Source of the DNA: a bacterium
GTDB lineage: Bacteria; Patescibacteriota; Dojkabacteria; JAKAPS01; JAJZLI01
Direction: 5' to 3'
Assembly: GCA_021785355.1 (NCBI GenBank)
Contig: JAJYFR010000003.1
Coordinates: 21,509 to 85,508, forward strand
Length of the DNA stretch: 64,000 nucleotides
The notes below the pieces were generated by a model. It ran no database searches, was not told the origin of the DNA, and was given only the letters and a program-made list of their open reading frames with translations. This document shows, piece by piece, positions 8,377-18,674 of the stretch (positions are counted from its first letter, which is position 1; the number at the start of each line of letters is the position of its first letter). The position numbers were made by a program, and so were the translations under genes.

Positions 8377-8448
8377 GGGCAGTACAGGGATCGGACCTGT
8401 GACATCTACGGTGTAAACGTAGCGCTCTACCAGCTGAGCTAACTGCCC
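8377..8448 (-). tRNA. tRNA-Val (anticodon TAC).
   Basis: Reverse complement GGGCAGTTAGCTCAGCTGGTAGAGCGCTACGTTTACACCGTAGATGTCACAGGTCCGATCCCTGTACTGCCCA. Anticodon loop TTTACAC. Confidence 0.8.
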
Positions 8449-8472
8449 TTTTTTATATATAAAGGTCTTATT

Positions 8473-8557
8473 TTTTTTAGAATGGGCAGAAGAGGAGTTG
8501 AACCTCCACACCAATAAATTAGGCACAACCACCTCAAGGTTGCGTGTCTACCATTCC
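8473..8557 (-). tRNA. tRNA-Leu (anticodon GAG), class II with a long variable arm.
   Basis: Reverse complement GGGCAGGTGGTGGAATGGTAGACACGCAACCTTGAGGTGGTTG...GGAGGTTCAACTCCTCTTCTGCCCA. Anticodon loop TTGAGGT. Confidence 0.75.
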
Positions 8558-8622
8558 ACCACCTGCCCAATTTATGTAAGACATCGTATGATATTATATT
8601 GTGTAATGAGGATTTTTGCAAA

Positions 8623-8708
8623 TGCTAGAAAGAGGATTCGAACCTCCACATCTATAATAAGATACAATGTTCTGAACATTGCGTGTCTACCATTTCACCA
8701 TTCTAGCT
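8623..8708 (-). tRNA. tRNA-Leu (anticodon CAG), class II with a long variable arm.
   Basis: Reverse complement GCTAGAATGGTGAAATGGTAGACACGCAATGTTCAGAACATTG...GGAGGTTCGAATCCTCTTTCTAGCA. Anticodon loop TTCAGAA. Confidence 0.75.
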
Positions 8709-10272
8709 AATTGTACCATTTATAAGAATATAAAAACCTATCATAAGGATAAGAAACAAAATTGAAGTTTAAATTTTTAATAGTTTTGTTAGCTACATAT
8801 ACAAAATTATTACTGTATAAAAATATTGCAGGATTAATATTTTGTATACTTTGTGCTATTAGAGAATACGTTTCTTTTCTGTCATTTATATTAAGGGTAG
8901 ATACACCTACTAAAAGTAGTCTATCAATTTCGCTATTATTAAGCTGAGAGATATTTTGATTACTTTTAGAATACCATAAAGAAAACATATTGGGATCAAT
9001 ACTTGTATTTACAGATGTTAGAATTCCATCATAATTTTTTGATTTTATTATACTATCAATATTTATTGTATTTTCTGGCACAAATATTGCATTTACTCCT
9101 ATATTTGACCAATTTTGTTTTATATAATTTACTAAAGATTGAGGTATTGTATTGATATAGTATATTTTTAAGTTATATTGATTTCCAGAGAGTAAATCTG
9201 CTGCTTTTTTTTGATTAAAATTAAATGTTGTAGTTTTAGGATCAAATGCCCAAGATGTTGAAGGAATAGATGTATACATAGGACTTACTGTACCTCTCAT
9301 TATATTCGTTGATATATATCTAGGAGAAAGAGAGTAAGAGAGTGCATTCCTCAGTGTTATAGAAGTTACTTTATTAAGATTAAAAAATAGAGCAACATAA
9401 TTTGTAACTAGTGGATAAGTATATACATTTAGATTATGGTAAGAATATATATTATGATATTTACCTCCAATATATGCTCCATCTATTTGATCTCTTTTAA
9501 GATTTTTTATTATCTCTTTATAGTTATTGAATATTTGAATTACAAAATATTTAAAATGAGGTTTACCATAGAAGTAATATTTATTTTCAGTAAGTACTAT
9601 TTTGTTATTAGTAAGATAATCCATTTTATATTCACCAGAGCTTATTATATTTTGAGTATTTAGAATATAGTTACTACCAAATGGTACTATAAAAAAGTTT
9701 ATATCCTGATAAAAGGTAACATCCAATCTTTTTAATAAAAATTCTACTTTGTATTTAGATATCCTATATATAGATATATTTGAAAGCATTGACGAAGGAA
9801 AGTATTCTTTTTCAAAATTAAAAGAATAGACAATATCTTTAGCTGTTATATTTACTCCATTAGAAAAATAAAAATGTTTATGCAGAGATATTACATATTT
9901 TGTATAATTATCTTCTTCTTTAATAGATTTTGCTACAATATTTTCTATACTCCCATTAGATTTTTCATAAATTAATCTTGAGAACATTAATCTATTTACA
10001 TCTTTAATAAAGGTTTGATTATTATTTTTTGAATATGGGTTATAGTAAGTTGTATTAGCGACAACACCTTCTATATAGCTTTGTGATGCAGATAATTTCA
10101 AAGAATAGAATCCGTTTTTAAAGAGGATAAAGAAAAGTACAATAATGATTATGAGGGAAAGTATTATATATGAGGCAGGAGATTTCCTTTTTATATAACT
10201 AGGATAATCCCACATAAATTCTCTAAAATTTAAAGCACTCTTTAAACTTAGCATCTTACTTACCTTTTGCAA
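8707..10272 (-). CDS. Membrane-anchored extracytoplasmic protein, possibly a family-5 ABC-type solute-binding-like protein (weak call).
   Basis: 521 aa; N-terminal transmembrane anchor YIILSLIIIIVLFFILF; size and composition consistent with a peptide/oligosaccharide binding protein. No firm motif. Confidence 0.3.
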   Translation of the reverse strand: MQKVSKMLSLKSALNFREFMWDYPSYIKRKSPASYIILSLIIIIVLFFILFKNGFYSLKLSASQSYIEGVVANTTYYNPYSKNNNQTFIKDVNRLMFSRLIYEKSNGSIENIVAKSIKEEDNYTKYVISLHKHFYFSNGVNITAKDIVYSFNFEKEYFPSSMLSNISIYRISKYKVEFLLKRLDVTFYQDINFFIVPFGSNYILNTQNIISSGEYKMDYLTNNKIVLTENKYYFYGKPHFKYFVIQIFNNYKEIIKNLKRDQIDGAYIGGKYHNIYSYHNLNVYTYPLVTNYVALFFNLNKVTSITLRNALSYSLSPRYISTNIMRGTVSPMYTSIPSTSWAFDPKTTTFNFNQKKAADLLSGNQYNLKIYYINTIPQSLVNYIKQNWSNIGVNAIFVPENTINIDSIIKSKNYDGILTSVNTSIDPNMFSLWYSKSNQNISQLNNSEIDRLLLVGVSTLNINDRKETYSLIAQSIQNINPAIFLYSNNFVYVANKTIKNLNFNFVSYPYDRFLYSYKWYN

Positions 10273-10492
10273 GGATTAATGAAAGAATTACTGCTGTAAC
10301 AAAAATAATTGCAGCGATAATTGTAAAATACAGCAAGAATTTTTGAAGACCTCTTCTTGACCTAAAACTCTCACCTCCTCCACCTCCTCCAAAAGTTGCA
10401 GAAAGAGAAGTACCATTTGTTTGAAGAATTATCACTATAATTAAAATAGCTGATATTATAGAGAGTAATATATCTAGTTGATAAGGTTTCAT
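10256..10492 (-). CDS. secG: Preprotein translocase subunit SecG.
   Basis: 78 aa with two transmembrane helices flanking a glycine-rich loop: LSATFGGGGGGESFRSRRGL...TIIAAIIFVTAVIL. This matches the SecG GASATLFG..G...R pattern. Confidence 0.55.
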   Translation of the reverse strand: MKPYQLDILLSIISAILIIVIILQTNGTSLSATFGGGGGGESFRSRRGLQKFLLYFTIIAAIIFVTAVILSLILAKGK

Positions 10493-10513
10493 ATATAAGT
10501 TAATATTAAAAAA

Positions 10514-12430
10514 ATGAAGAGAATAAAAATAAAAATCATACTGGTTATACTTTTTTTAGTATTTATCATTTATCCTCAAGGAGTATTCGCTTCTAGCTCT
10601 CCTTTTAGTGTAGATTATAACATTTTGTATAAAATTGCAAAAGATGGCACTGCAACTGTATCTTATAATATAAATATATCTAATCTAACTCAGAATATAT
10701 ATGCATCTTCTTACTCTCTATCATTAACTAATACAGATATAACTAATGTTACGGTAACAGATAGTAATGGATCTAGTCTTCCTTTTAATACAGTAAAAAA
10801 TGCAAATTCTACTGTTATAATAACTACACTTCCACAATCGCAATATGGTTATGGAACAGGAGATAATTGGACAATCACTTTTAATACTTCTCAGATATCA
10901 AAAATTCAAGGAAAGCTTTTGAATATAGCAATTCCAGGATTTCCACAAAAATCTTTAATACATTCTGTAAAAACAGAAGTTGATATTCCGAAAAGTTTTG
11001 GAAATATAAATTTTTCATCACCCAATAATCCTACTATAGTTTCAGGTCAAAACTACAATAGAGTATATTACTCTAGTACTGATTCATATACTACTCAGGG
11101 TATATTATTAGTTATGGGAAATTATCAACTTTTTTCTTTTAAATTTCATTATCAATTGATTAACTACAACTCCCTATTCTCTCAAAAATATCAAATTGTA
11201 ATTCCTGCAGATTTTAAAAATCAAGTAGTAACTTTTTCTCAAATATCCCCTACTCCAACTAGCAGTTTTATTGATAAGGATGGAAATTATATTTTATCCT
11301 ATACTCTATCACCTAAAGAAAATATTAATGTTAGTATCAGAGGGGAATCAAAAGTTTTTTCAACTTACAATATACTTTCTTCAACCCCTATAACTCAAAA
11401 AGCATTAACTCCGAGTGAATATAAAATATATACCTCTCAACAACCATACTGGCAAGTTTTAAATCCTTTTATTCACAATTTAGCTATGAAGATTACAAAA
11501 GGAGATAGTACAAATCTTTCTAAAGCTTTAAGTATAGAAAATTATGTAGCAACTCATTTAACATATAATCAGAAAGCTATATTAGATCCTAATAGACAAA
11601 GACTAGGAGCTATAAAAGCATTAGAAGAGAAGAATAATGCTATTTGTCAGGAATATGTAGATGTATTTGTAACGCTTGCAAGATCTGCAGGACTACCTGC
11701 AAGGATGATTGCAGGATATGGAGATCCTCCTGATATTAATGTAAACCCACTACCTCCAGATATACTTCATGCATGGGTACAATTCTATTCCAATAGATTT
11801 GGATGGGTAAATTCAGATCCTACTTGGCAATCAACTTCTGGAAATCTTAATTTTTTTGGGAATGTGGGTTCTAGTCATTTTGCTTTAGTAAGATATGGAA
11901 TAAATTCTGAAAATCCTCCATTAATACTTTCTTTTGTAAAAGAGAAAAATCCTCAAAACAATATTAATATAGAGGCAACAACAAATAAATTTGTACAGAA
12001 TCCTAATTTTATACTAAAAATACCAAATTTTAATAATTTAGTTTCTGGGTTTAAAAATTATATAGATATAACAATACAAAATACAGGTAATCAAGTATTA
12101 AGAGGAGGGAATATAGAGATTCTTTCTAAAAATAATAAAATAATCTCTACTTTTAGTATTAAGAATATTGCAATATTCCCATACACTTCACAAAGTGTAA
12201 AAATACCAATTCAATCAAAAAGTCTTACACAATCATATAGTGAAATAATAAATATTAAAGCACAATTATCAAACTACCAAAACGATAATATTTCTAAAGA
12301 GGGATCGACTGTTATACAGTTCAAACCATTCTTTGTTTCAGGAATTATTCCTTGGATTATAATATTTATCCTCTTCATTTTTTCAATAATAATTGTAGAT
12401 TTATTCTTTAGGCTTAAAAGAAAAAAGTAA
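10514..12430 (+). CDS. Secreted, C-terminally membrane-anchored protein with a transglutaminase-like cysteine protease domain.
   Basis: Signal peptide. Transglutaminase core: Cys in NNAICQEYVDVFVTLARSAGLPARMIAGY, His in LHAWVQFY, Asp in VNSDPTW. C-terminal transmembrane helix plus RLKRKK. Confidence 0.6.
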   Translation: MKRIKIKIILVILFLVFIIYPQGVFASSSPFSVDYNILYKIAKDGTATVSYNINISNLTQNIYASSYSLSLTNTDITNVTVTDSNGSSLPFNTVKNANSTVIITTLPQSQYGYGTGDNWTITFNTSQISKIQGKLLNIAIPGFPQKSLIHSVKTEVDIPKSFGNINFSSPNNPTIVSGQNYNRVYYSSTDSYTTQGILLVMGNYQLFSFKFHYQLINYNSLFSQKYQIVIPADFKNQVVTFSQISPTPTSSFIDKDGNYILSYTLSPKENINVSIRGESKVFSTYNILSSTPITQKALTPSEYKIYTSQQPYWQVLNPFIHNLAMKITKGDSTNLSKALSIENYVATHLTYNQKAILDPNRQRLGAIKALEEKNNAICQEYVDVFVTLARSAGLPARMIAGYGDPPDINVNPLPPDILHAWVQFYSNRFGWVNSDPTWQSTSGNLNFFGNVGSSHFALVRYGINSENPPLILSFVKEKNPQNNINIEATTNKFVQNPNFILKIPNFNNLVSGFKNYIDITIQNTGNQVLRGGNIEILSKNNKIISTFSIKNIAIFPYTSQSVKIPIQSKSLTQSYSEIINIKAQLSNYQNDNISKEGSTVIQFKPFFVSGIIPWIIIFILFIFSIIIVDLFFRLKRKK

Positions 12431-12482
12431 GAATGGCTTAAAACTAGCATTTTAATTCTTTTTTATCAATTATATAGGTCAC

Positions 12483-12511
12483 TTGACAAGGATTTTTAAT
12501 ATACATAAAAT
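12483..12511 (+). promoter_or_regulatory. Sigma70-like promoter upstream of the 12538 gene.
   Basis: TTGACA at 12483-12488, 17-nt spacer, TAAAAT at 12506-12511. Confidence 0.35.
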
Positions 12512-12537
12512 GGAAGTATCTTAGACATAAAAAATTA

Positions 12538-15030
12538 ATGAATAATATAAAAACCATATTCCAATTTAATGAAATAAATGAAAATTTTAGAGCTAATCTT
12601 GGAGAGAAAGCTATAAGTATAGGAAGATTATTTAATTTATCTATACCTACACCTCCAGGTTTTGTAGTATCTGCTGATTCATATAGGTTCTTTTTAAATA
12701 TGTCTAATTTGGATGAACTTATAAAAAGCAAATTCTACACTATAGACAAGAATGATGAGATAGCTTTAAAAAATGTATCTTCTGAAATTGAAGATTTAAT
12801 AATGAAAACTATCATTCCTCCTTACGTAGAAAAAGATATTTCCAGAACATATTCAAAATTATCAGGTTTTTCAGATACATATGTATCTGTAAGAGCTTCT
12901 TATATATTTGATGGAAAGGATGCTAATGTTAATCAAACAACATTTCTAAATATAAGAGGTGTATCAGAATTGATTTTAGCAATAAAAGCTTGTTGGGCAA
13001 GTTTGTATGAGTATGAAAACATAAAATATAGAATTGATAATGAAATAGATATTACAGATTGTTCTTCTGCAGTAATAATACAAAAAATGGTACAAGCTGA
13101 AGCTTCTGGAATAACATTCACATACTCTCCTCTAACTGAAGATAACACAGAGATATCTATACAAGCAACACTAGGTGTTATTGATATAATAAAAAATGGA
13201 GAAATTAAACCTGATTCATATCATATAGATAAAGAAACTTTGAAATTTAAAGAAAAATCTATATCTAGACAAGAGTACATGTTTATTAGAAATACAAAAG
13301 GAAAAAGTGTTAAAGATACAAATATAAAAACAAAAGTTGCATTAAAATGGCAAGAAAAACAAAAAATTGATGATAAAACACTTATAATGATATCTAGATA
13401 TGCCAGAGGTATAGAGGATCAAACTCAATTCTTACAAGAAATTGAATGGATTGTAGAAAAAGGTAAAATTTGGATTATAAAATCAGATTCAATAAAAAAT
13501 ATAGAAAAACAAATTGAAAGTAAGGAAGCTTCTCATATAGAAGAAGCCTTCGCAAAAGAAGATAAAGAAATTAAGAAGACAAAAGAAATAAATCTAATTC
13601 CTGAAACTAAAGAAAGTGTACCAGAGATTATACCTGAGGTTATAAAAGAAGTTGTACCTGAAAAAGAAGAGATAAAGGTTATAGAAAATATAGTACCAGA
13701 AGTTCCTCAAGTAGAAACACCTCCTGTTTTAAATACCAATACATCTGCAAGAAAGAATAATACAAACCTTTTAATAACAGGAATACCTATATTTCCAGGA
13801 ATAATAGAAGGAGAGATTTCTGTATTAAAAAATATTAATGAAGTAGATCATAATAAAATGTATGACATTTTAGTTATAGAATCTCTTACTGAGGAATGGA
13901 AAGAGGTCTTAAAAAATGTAAAAGCATTAGTTATTGATGTAGGAGATATAAATTCTAGAGAAACAGAGATAGTAAGAGAATTTGGAATACCTACAATAAT
14001 ATCTACGCAGATAGGAACTAAGACTCTAGAGAATAATACTTATGCAATACTTGATGGTTCAACAGGAAGATTATATGAAACAAAGAGAAAAAGAGAAGAA
14101 GAGATAGATATATCTAAAAAATTATTTAAAGAAACAAGAAAAATACATACTGCAACAAAATTTTATACTAATATATCTGATATAAATCTTTATGAAGATA
14201 TATCTGAGAGTGATTTTGATGGTGTATATATATCAGCAGAAGATTTGATATTAGATTTAAAAGTACATCCAAAGCAGATATTTTCTCAAGAGAAAAGTAA
14301 TGAGTATATAGATCAAATAGCTAAAAAACTGTCTAAATTATGTGATTCAATTGGAAATGACAGACATGTAATATATACAATTTCAAATCTAACATCAAAC
14401 GAGATGTTTGACCTACAAGGTGGTGTACAGTTTGAAGTTCAGGAAACAAATCCTCATATAGGATATAGAGGTACATTAAGAAGTATAAAGGAAATAGAAA
14501 TTCTTAATATGGAGTTAGAAATCGTAAAAAGTGTAAGAAATAAGTATGGATATAAAAATTTATGGATAATGATTCCATTTATAAGGACAACAGAAGAGTT
14601 AATTGAAATGAAAAAAATTATACTTTCTTCTAATCTTAGACGTTCATCTACATTTAAAATCTTTATAGATATAGAGATTCCTTCTAATGTAATAATGATA
14701 AATGAATTTTTAGAAGTAGGAATAGATGGTATAAATATAAATTATGAAAAACTAGCTCAAATGATACTGAGTATAGATTTTCAAAATCCTAAATTAAAGA
14801 AAGAAAATATCAATTATCATCCTGCAATGCAAAAAGCTATAGATACAATTCTGAATGCTTCAAATTCATATAAGATTGTTAATTCTATATATGCAGAAGA
14901 TATTGTAAAAGACAGTGATTTTCTCAAATATCTTATAAGAAGAGGTGTCAATATAATTAATACAACAAAAGATAACTTATCTGAGTTAAAAGCACAAACT
15001 TTAAATATAGAAAAAGACATACTTTCATAA
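12538..15030 (+). CDS. PEP-utilizing enzyme family protein (pyruvate phosphate dikinase / PEP synthase-like). The phospho-histidine position appears substituted.
   Basis: N-terminal PEP/pyruvate-binding-domain-like region GEKAISIGRLFNLSIPTPPGFVVSADSY. Central mobile-domain-like segment VIDVGDINSRETEIVREFGIPTIIS. The canonical motif is GGRTSHAAIIARELGIP, so the catalytic His is replaced by Arg. C-terminal TIM-barrel-like region. Confidence 0.5.
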   Translation: MNNIKTIFQFNEINENFRANLGEKAISIGRLFNLSIPTPPGFVVSADSYRFFLNMSNLDELIKSKFYTIDKNDEIALKNVSSEIEDLIMKTIIPPYVEKDISRTYSKLSGFSDTYVSVRASYIFDGKDANVNQTTFLNIRGVSELILAIKACWASLYEYENIKYRIDNEIDITDCSSAVIIQKMVQAEASGITFTYSPLTEDNTEISIQATLGVIDIIKNGEIKPDSYHIDKETLKFKEKSISRQEYMFIRNTKGKSVKDTNIKTKVALKWQEKQKIDDKTLIMISRYARGIEDQTQFLQEIEWIVEKGKIWIIKSDSIKNIEKQIESKEASHIEEAFAKEDKEIKKTKEINLIPETKESVPEIIPEVIKEVVPEKEEIKVIENIVPEVPQVETPPVLNTNTSARKNNTNLLITGIPIFPGIIEGEISVLKNINEVDHNKMYDILVIESLTEEWKEVLKNVKALVIDVGDINSRETEIVREFGIPTIISTQIGTKTLENNTYAILDGSTGRLYETKRKREEEIDISKKLFKETRKIHTATKFYTNISDINLYEDISESDFDGVYISAEDLILDLKVHPKQIFSQEKSNEYIDQIAKKLSKLCDSIGNDRHVIYTISNLTSNEMFDLQGGVQFEVQETNPHIGYRGTLRSIKEIEILNMELEIVKSVRNKYGYKNLWIMIPFIRTTEELIEMKKIILSSNLRRSSTFKIFIDIEIPSNVIMINEFLEVGIDGININYEKLAQMILSIDFQNPKLKKENINYHPAMQKAIDTILNASNSYKIVNSIYAEDIVKDSDFLKYLIRRGVNIINTTKDNLSELKAQTLNIEKDILS

Positions 15031-15072
15031 AAGCTATTTACATACCTTAAAACTATTGAGATAATAAAGGTA

Positions 15073-16509
15073 ATGAAAAGAAATATAATACTTCTAATTC
15101 TGGATGGTTTTGGTATATCAAAAGAAAAATATGGGAATGCTATACTACAAGCTTCTACTCCAACTATAAACTATTTATATAAAAATTCTTTTGTATCGAC
15201 TCTTGAAGCTAGTGGAGAAAGTGTTGGATTACTTCCTAACAGTGCTGGAAACAGTGAAGTTGGTCATTTAAATATTGGAGCAGGAAGAATAGTAGACCAA
15301 TACTCTTACCTAATACATAAGGATATATTAAACAAAACTTTCTTTACAAATAGAAAAATAAAGGAAGAAGTATCAAAAACAAAAGGAGAGATACATTTAA
15401 TGGGGCTTGTATCTGATGGTCAAGTTCACTCTAATATGGAAATTATAGAATCTTTAATAGAAAGTATTGATAGAGAAAAAATATATTTAGATATATTCTC
15501 AGATGGAAGAGATTCTGGATATAAGAGTGTTGAAGAATATATAAAAAGATTAGGTAAATATAAAGATAAAGTTATTATATCCTCAATCATAGGGAGATTT
15601 TATGCTATGGATAGAGATAACAGAGAGAAAAGAATTAATAAAGCATTTGAACTTTTATATACTCATAAAGGTAGTGAGGTTAAAAATGTTTTTGAGGCAA
15701 TAGAGATGTCTTATAAAAAAGATATAACAGATGAATTTATTGAGCCTTTTTATATAAAGAATACACCTCCTATTAAAGATGAGGATTTGGTTATTTTTTT
15801 TAATTTTAGAGAAGATAGAGCAAGAGAATTATCTTTGAAATTTTTAAACAATACAAATGTTAATCTTCTTTGTATGACACAATATACAAATGATATTCAA
15901 AATTTTATATATCCTAGAATAAAAGTTGAAAATACACTAGGTAGTATTTTAGAAAAAAATAATTTATCTCAACTACGAATAGCCGAAACTGAAAAATATG
16001 CACATGTAACATATTTTTTTGATGGTGGAGAAAATATTGTATATAAGAGAGAGAAAAGAGATATAATACCTTCACTTAAAATATCTACATATGATAAGAA
16101 ACCTCAAATGAGAGTTTTTGATATAACAAAAACTATAATATCTAATATAGAAAATTTTAATTTTATATTAGCTAATTTTGCTAATCCAGATATGGTAGGT
16201 CATACAGGATCTCTTAGTAAAACTATAGAGAGTATAGAGTATGTAGATAAAGCAATAAAAGAAATTTTAGATGATTTGAAAGATAATATACTTATAATAA
16301 CAGCAGATCATGGAAATGCAGAAATTATGCTAGATAAAAAAGGTATTATTAATAAATCACATACAATAAGTAAAGTTCCTTTTATAATATATAATTATAA
16401 AAATATATCAGTATTAAAAAATGGAAAGCTAGCAGATATAGCTCCAACCATACTCAAAATATTAGATATAAAGAAACCAAAAGATATGTCAGGAGACTCT
16501 TTAATATGA
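15073..16509 (+). CDS. gpmI: 2,3-bisphosphoglycerate-independent phosphoglycerate mutase.
   Basis: N-terminus ILLILDGFGIS...GNAI..ASTP..., GNSEVGHLNIGAGRIVDQ, ADHGNAE; 478 aa. Confidence 0.85.
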   Translation: MKRNIILLILDGFGISKEKYGNAILQASTPTINYLYKNSFVSTLEASGESVGLLPNSAGNSEVGHLNIGAGRIVDQYSYLIHKDILNKTFFTNRKIKEEVSKTKGEIHLMGLVSDGQVHSNMEIIESLIESIDREKIYLDIFSDGRDSGYKSVEEYIKRLGKYKDKVIISSIIGRFYAMDRDNREKRINKAFELLYTHKGSEVKNVFEAIEMSYKKDITDEFIEPFYIKNTPPIKDEDLVIFFNFREDRARELSLKFLNNTNVNLLCMTQYTNDIQNFIYPRIKVENTLGSILEKNNLSQLRIAETEKYAHVTYFFDGGENIVYKREKRDIIPSLKISTYDKKPQMRVFDITKTIISNIENFNFILANFANPDMVGHTGSLSKTIESIEYVDKAIKEILDDLKDNILIITADHGNAEIMLDKKGIINKSHTISKVPFIIYNYKNISVLKNGKLADIAPTILKILDIKKPKDMSGDSLI

Positions 16510-17423
16510 ATTATAAAGTATTAGATCATATAGAGGAAAATACATTTAAATCTAATTTTTTAGAAACAGAAAATTGGGCTTTATTAAAACAAGAAGAAGG
16601 TTGGAAATCTTTTTTTATTCATTTTTATATTAATGATAAATTAATAGGCTATACTCTACTTTTAGAAAAGAAAACTAATATATTTAAACTTCATTACATA
16701 CCAAGAGGTCCAATAATAGAAGAAGAGTATTTTAAAGAAGCACTTGACCTTATAATTTCATTCTCAAAAAAAGAAGGAGCTTTTCTTCTAACAATAGAAC
16801 CTTCTTTAGAATATTCAGATACAAGGATAAAATACTTAGAAAAATTTAAAGAGAGTTCTGTATCATATCAACCTAAAGAGACAGCTATTATAAATTTAGA
16901 AGAAGATATTATAAAAAATATTCCTTCAAAAAAAAGAGGAAGAATTAGAAATAAGCATAATCTCATATTTAGAGAAACTGATGATTTAGAAAATTTTTAT
17001 AAACTGTATAAAAATACATTTGAAAACAATAATTTCAAGGGAAGAAGTTTGAACTATTTTCATAATATGAAAAAATGTTTTAAAGAAGACATGTTAATAT
17101 TTGAAGTATTACATGAGAATACAGTTATATCATCTTCTGTAAATATAGTACACCAAGATAGTATAACGTATCTTTATTCAGGATCTCTAAAAGAATTTAA
17201 TAATCTTTATCCTGGATATTTATTAGTATATGAAACTGCTAAATATGCCCAGAGTATAGGGTTAAAATCTTTTGATCTATGGGGCGTAAGTTATGATAAT
17301 CCTTCTTGGAAAGGTTTTAGTGAATTTAAGTTTAATATGGGAGGGAGATATTTTAAATTTTTAGGTAATTTTGATTATTCTTTCAATAATCTACTCTACT
17401 TCGTATATAAAAAACTTAAATAG
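16506..17423 (+). CDS. FemAB-like / GNAT-fold acyltransferase-like protein (weak call).
   Basis: 305 aa with an HYIPRGP motif and a region resembling peptidoglycan bridge-formation (Fem/MurM) family. Start overlaps the gpmI stop (ATGA). Confidence 0.3.
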   Translation: MNYKVLDHIEENTFKSNFLETENWALLKQEEGWKSFFIHFYINDKLIGYTLLLEKKTNIFKLHYIPRGPIIEEEYFKEALDLIISFSKKEGAFLLTIEPSLEYSDTRIKYLEKFKESSVSYQPKETAIINLEEDIIKNIPSKKRGRIRNKHNLIFRETDDLENFYKLYKNTFENNNFKGRSLNYFHNMKKCFKEDMLIFEVLHENTVISSSVNIVHQDSITYLYSGSLKEFNNLYPGYLLVYETAKYAQSIGLKSFDLWGVSYDNPSWKGFSEFKFNMGGRYFKFLGNFDYSFNNLLYFVYKKLK

Positions 17424-17425
17424 AT

Positions 17426-18598
17426 TTATATATTAATAAATCTATACACTGTAAATAAGAAAAATATTAAAATTAAAGAGATAATATTTAAGACATTAAA
17501 GAATAAATTTTCTGGAGATAAATTTATAGGGAAATTAGGAAGGTATCTAAATAATATTTGCATAATATATCCCGAGAATATAGCACCTATACTAAAGAAT
17601 GTAATAAATATATATATAATTTTTTTAGGATATGATTTTTTATATATTCTAATTAAAGGTAAAATAAGTAAATCTCCATATATATAAGTAATATTAGCAC
17701 CTATTGGTATATGCACACTATTTAAATATTTTGCTATAGGAACATTTCCCATAGAACAAACAAAAGTTATAATAGCAATTAAAAGTCCAGATATAAGGAG
17801 TAATAAGTATCCAAATATAGGTATATTATTAATATATATTAATAAATAAGAGAAAAAGGATTGTGGTATAAAACTCTCTGCAAAACCTGCAATTAAAAAT
17901 CCCAAAACAAGTTCCCATTTTAACATTGATATATCAGAAAAAAATGTAGATGATATTAATTTTATAGAATTTATACTAAAAAATTTGGCAGTTATATTCT
18001 TTGTATATACTAAAGGATTTATTTTAAATAAATTTTTATGATCTTGAGAACAAAATAAATATAAATTTTTACTATATCTATAAGATAAATCTTTTTTTCC
18101 TTCCATTCCGCATACAGGACAATTATATATGATATCTTCATTATCTTTTTTAAATTCATCTTTATAAAAAACTGAGAACCCTATAATTATAAATATAATT
18201 ATAATTATTCCTCCAAAAAATTCTGCAAATGCAAATTTCCAACTCAAAAGATATGCAAATAAAATTAAAATTGCAATATTCATGTTTGTAGAAGATACTA
18301 AAAATGATAATACATTTTTTATATCAACACCTTCTTTATAAAGACCTTTTCCAAGTTCAGCTGCTCCATATGAACAAGAAGATGAAATTATACCTAATAG
18401 TATAGAAAATATAACTCCAAAAATACCTTTTTTCATATATTTTTTAATAAATTCTTTAGGAGTAAAAACTTGTAATATTGCAGATAAGAAAAAACCTATA
18501 AATAAACCAAAGAGAGCTTCCCATAAAAGATATAGAGAATTAAATAAAGCATATAAAATATGAGATATAATAAATACTAACATAACTATATTATACAC
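17426..18598 (-). CDS. Multi-pass membrane permease with an embedded Cys-rich loop.
   Basis: 390 aa, roughly 8-10 predicted transmembrane helices. CPVCGMEGKK...FCSQDH zinc-ribbon/YHS-like loop. Confidence 0.4.
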   Translation of the reverse strand: MYNIVMLVFIISHILYALFNSLYLLWEALFGLFIGFFLSAILQVFTPKEFIKKYMKKGIFGVIFSILLGIISSSCSYGAAELGKGLYKEGVDIKNVLSFLVSSTNMNIAILILFAYLLSWKFAFAEFFGGIIIIIFIIIGFSVFYKDEFKKDNEDIIYNCPVCGMEGKKDLSYRYSKNLYLFCSQDHKNLFKINPLVYTKNITAKFFSINSIKLISSTFFSDISMLKWELVLGFLIAGFAESFIPQSFFSYLLIYINNIPIFGYLLLLISGLLIAIITFVCSMGNVPIAKYLNSVHIPIGANITYIYGDLLILPLIRIYKKSYPKKIIYIFITFFSIGAIFSGYIMQILFRYLPNFPINLSPENLFFNVLNIISLILIFFLFTVYRFINI

Positions 18599-18674
18599 CT
18601 TATTTTATTCTGAAGATAACTTAAAAACCTTATATATTGACATCATTTAACCATTATAATAGACTAATAATTAA

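Noticed and set aside
8081-8947. Six ORFs of 60-111 aa in the supplied track (8081..8416, 8157..8351, 8332..8532, 8439..8621, 8498..8710, 8762..8947).
   Set aside because: They lie across or antisense to the six-tRNA cluster or inside the 8707..10272 gene. They are read-through artefacts of structured RNA genes in AT-rich DNA.
18627-18650. TTGACA ... TATAAT pair upstream of the pilin gene.
   Set aside because: The spacer is only about 12 nt, too short for a functional sigma70 promoter as arranged, so I did not call it.
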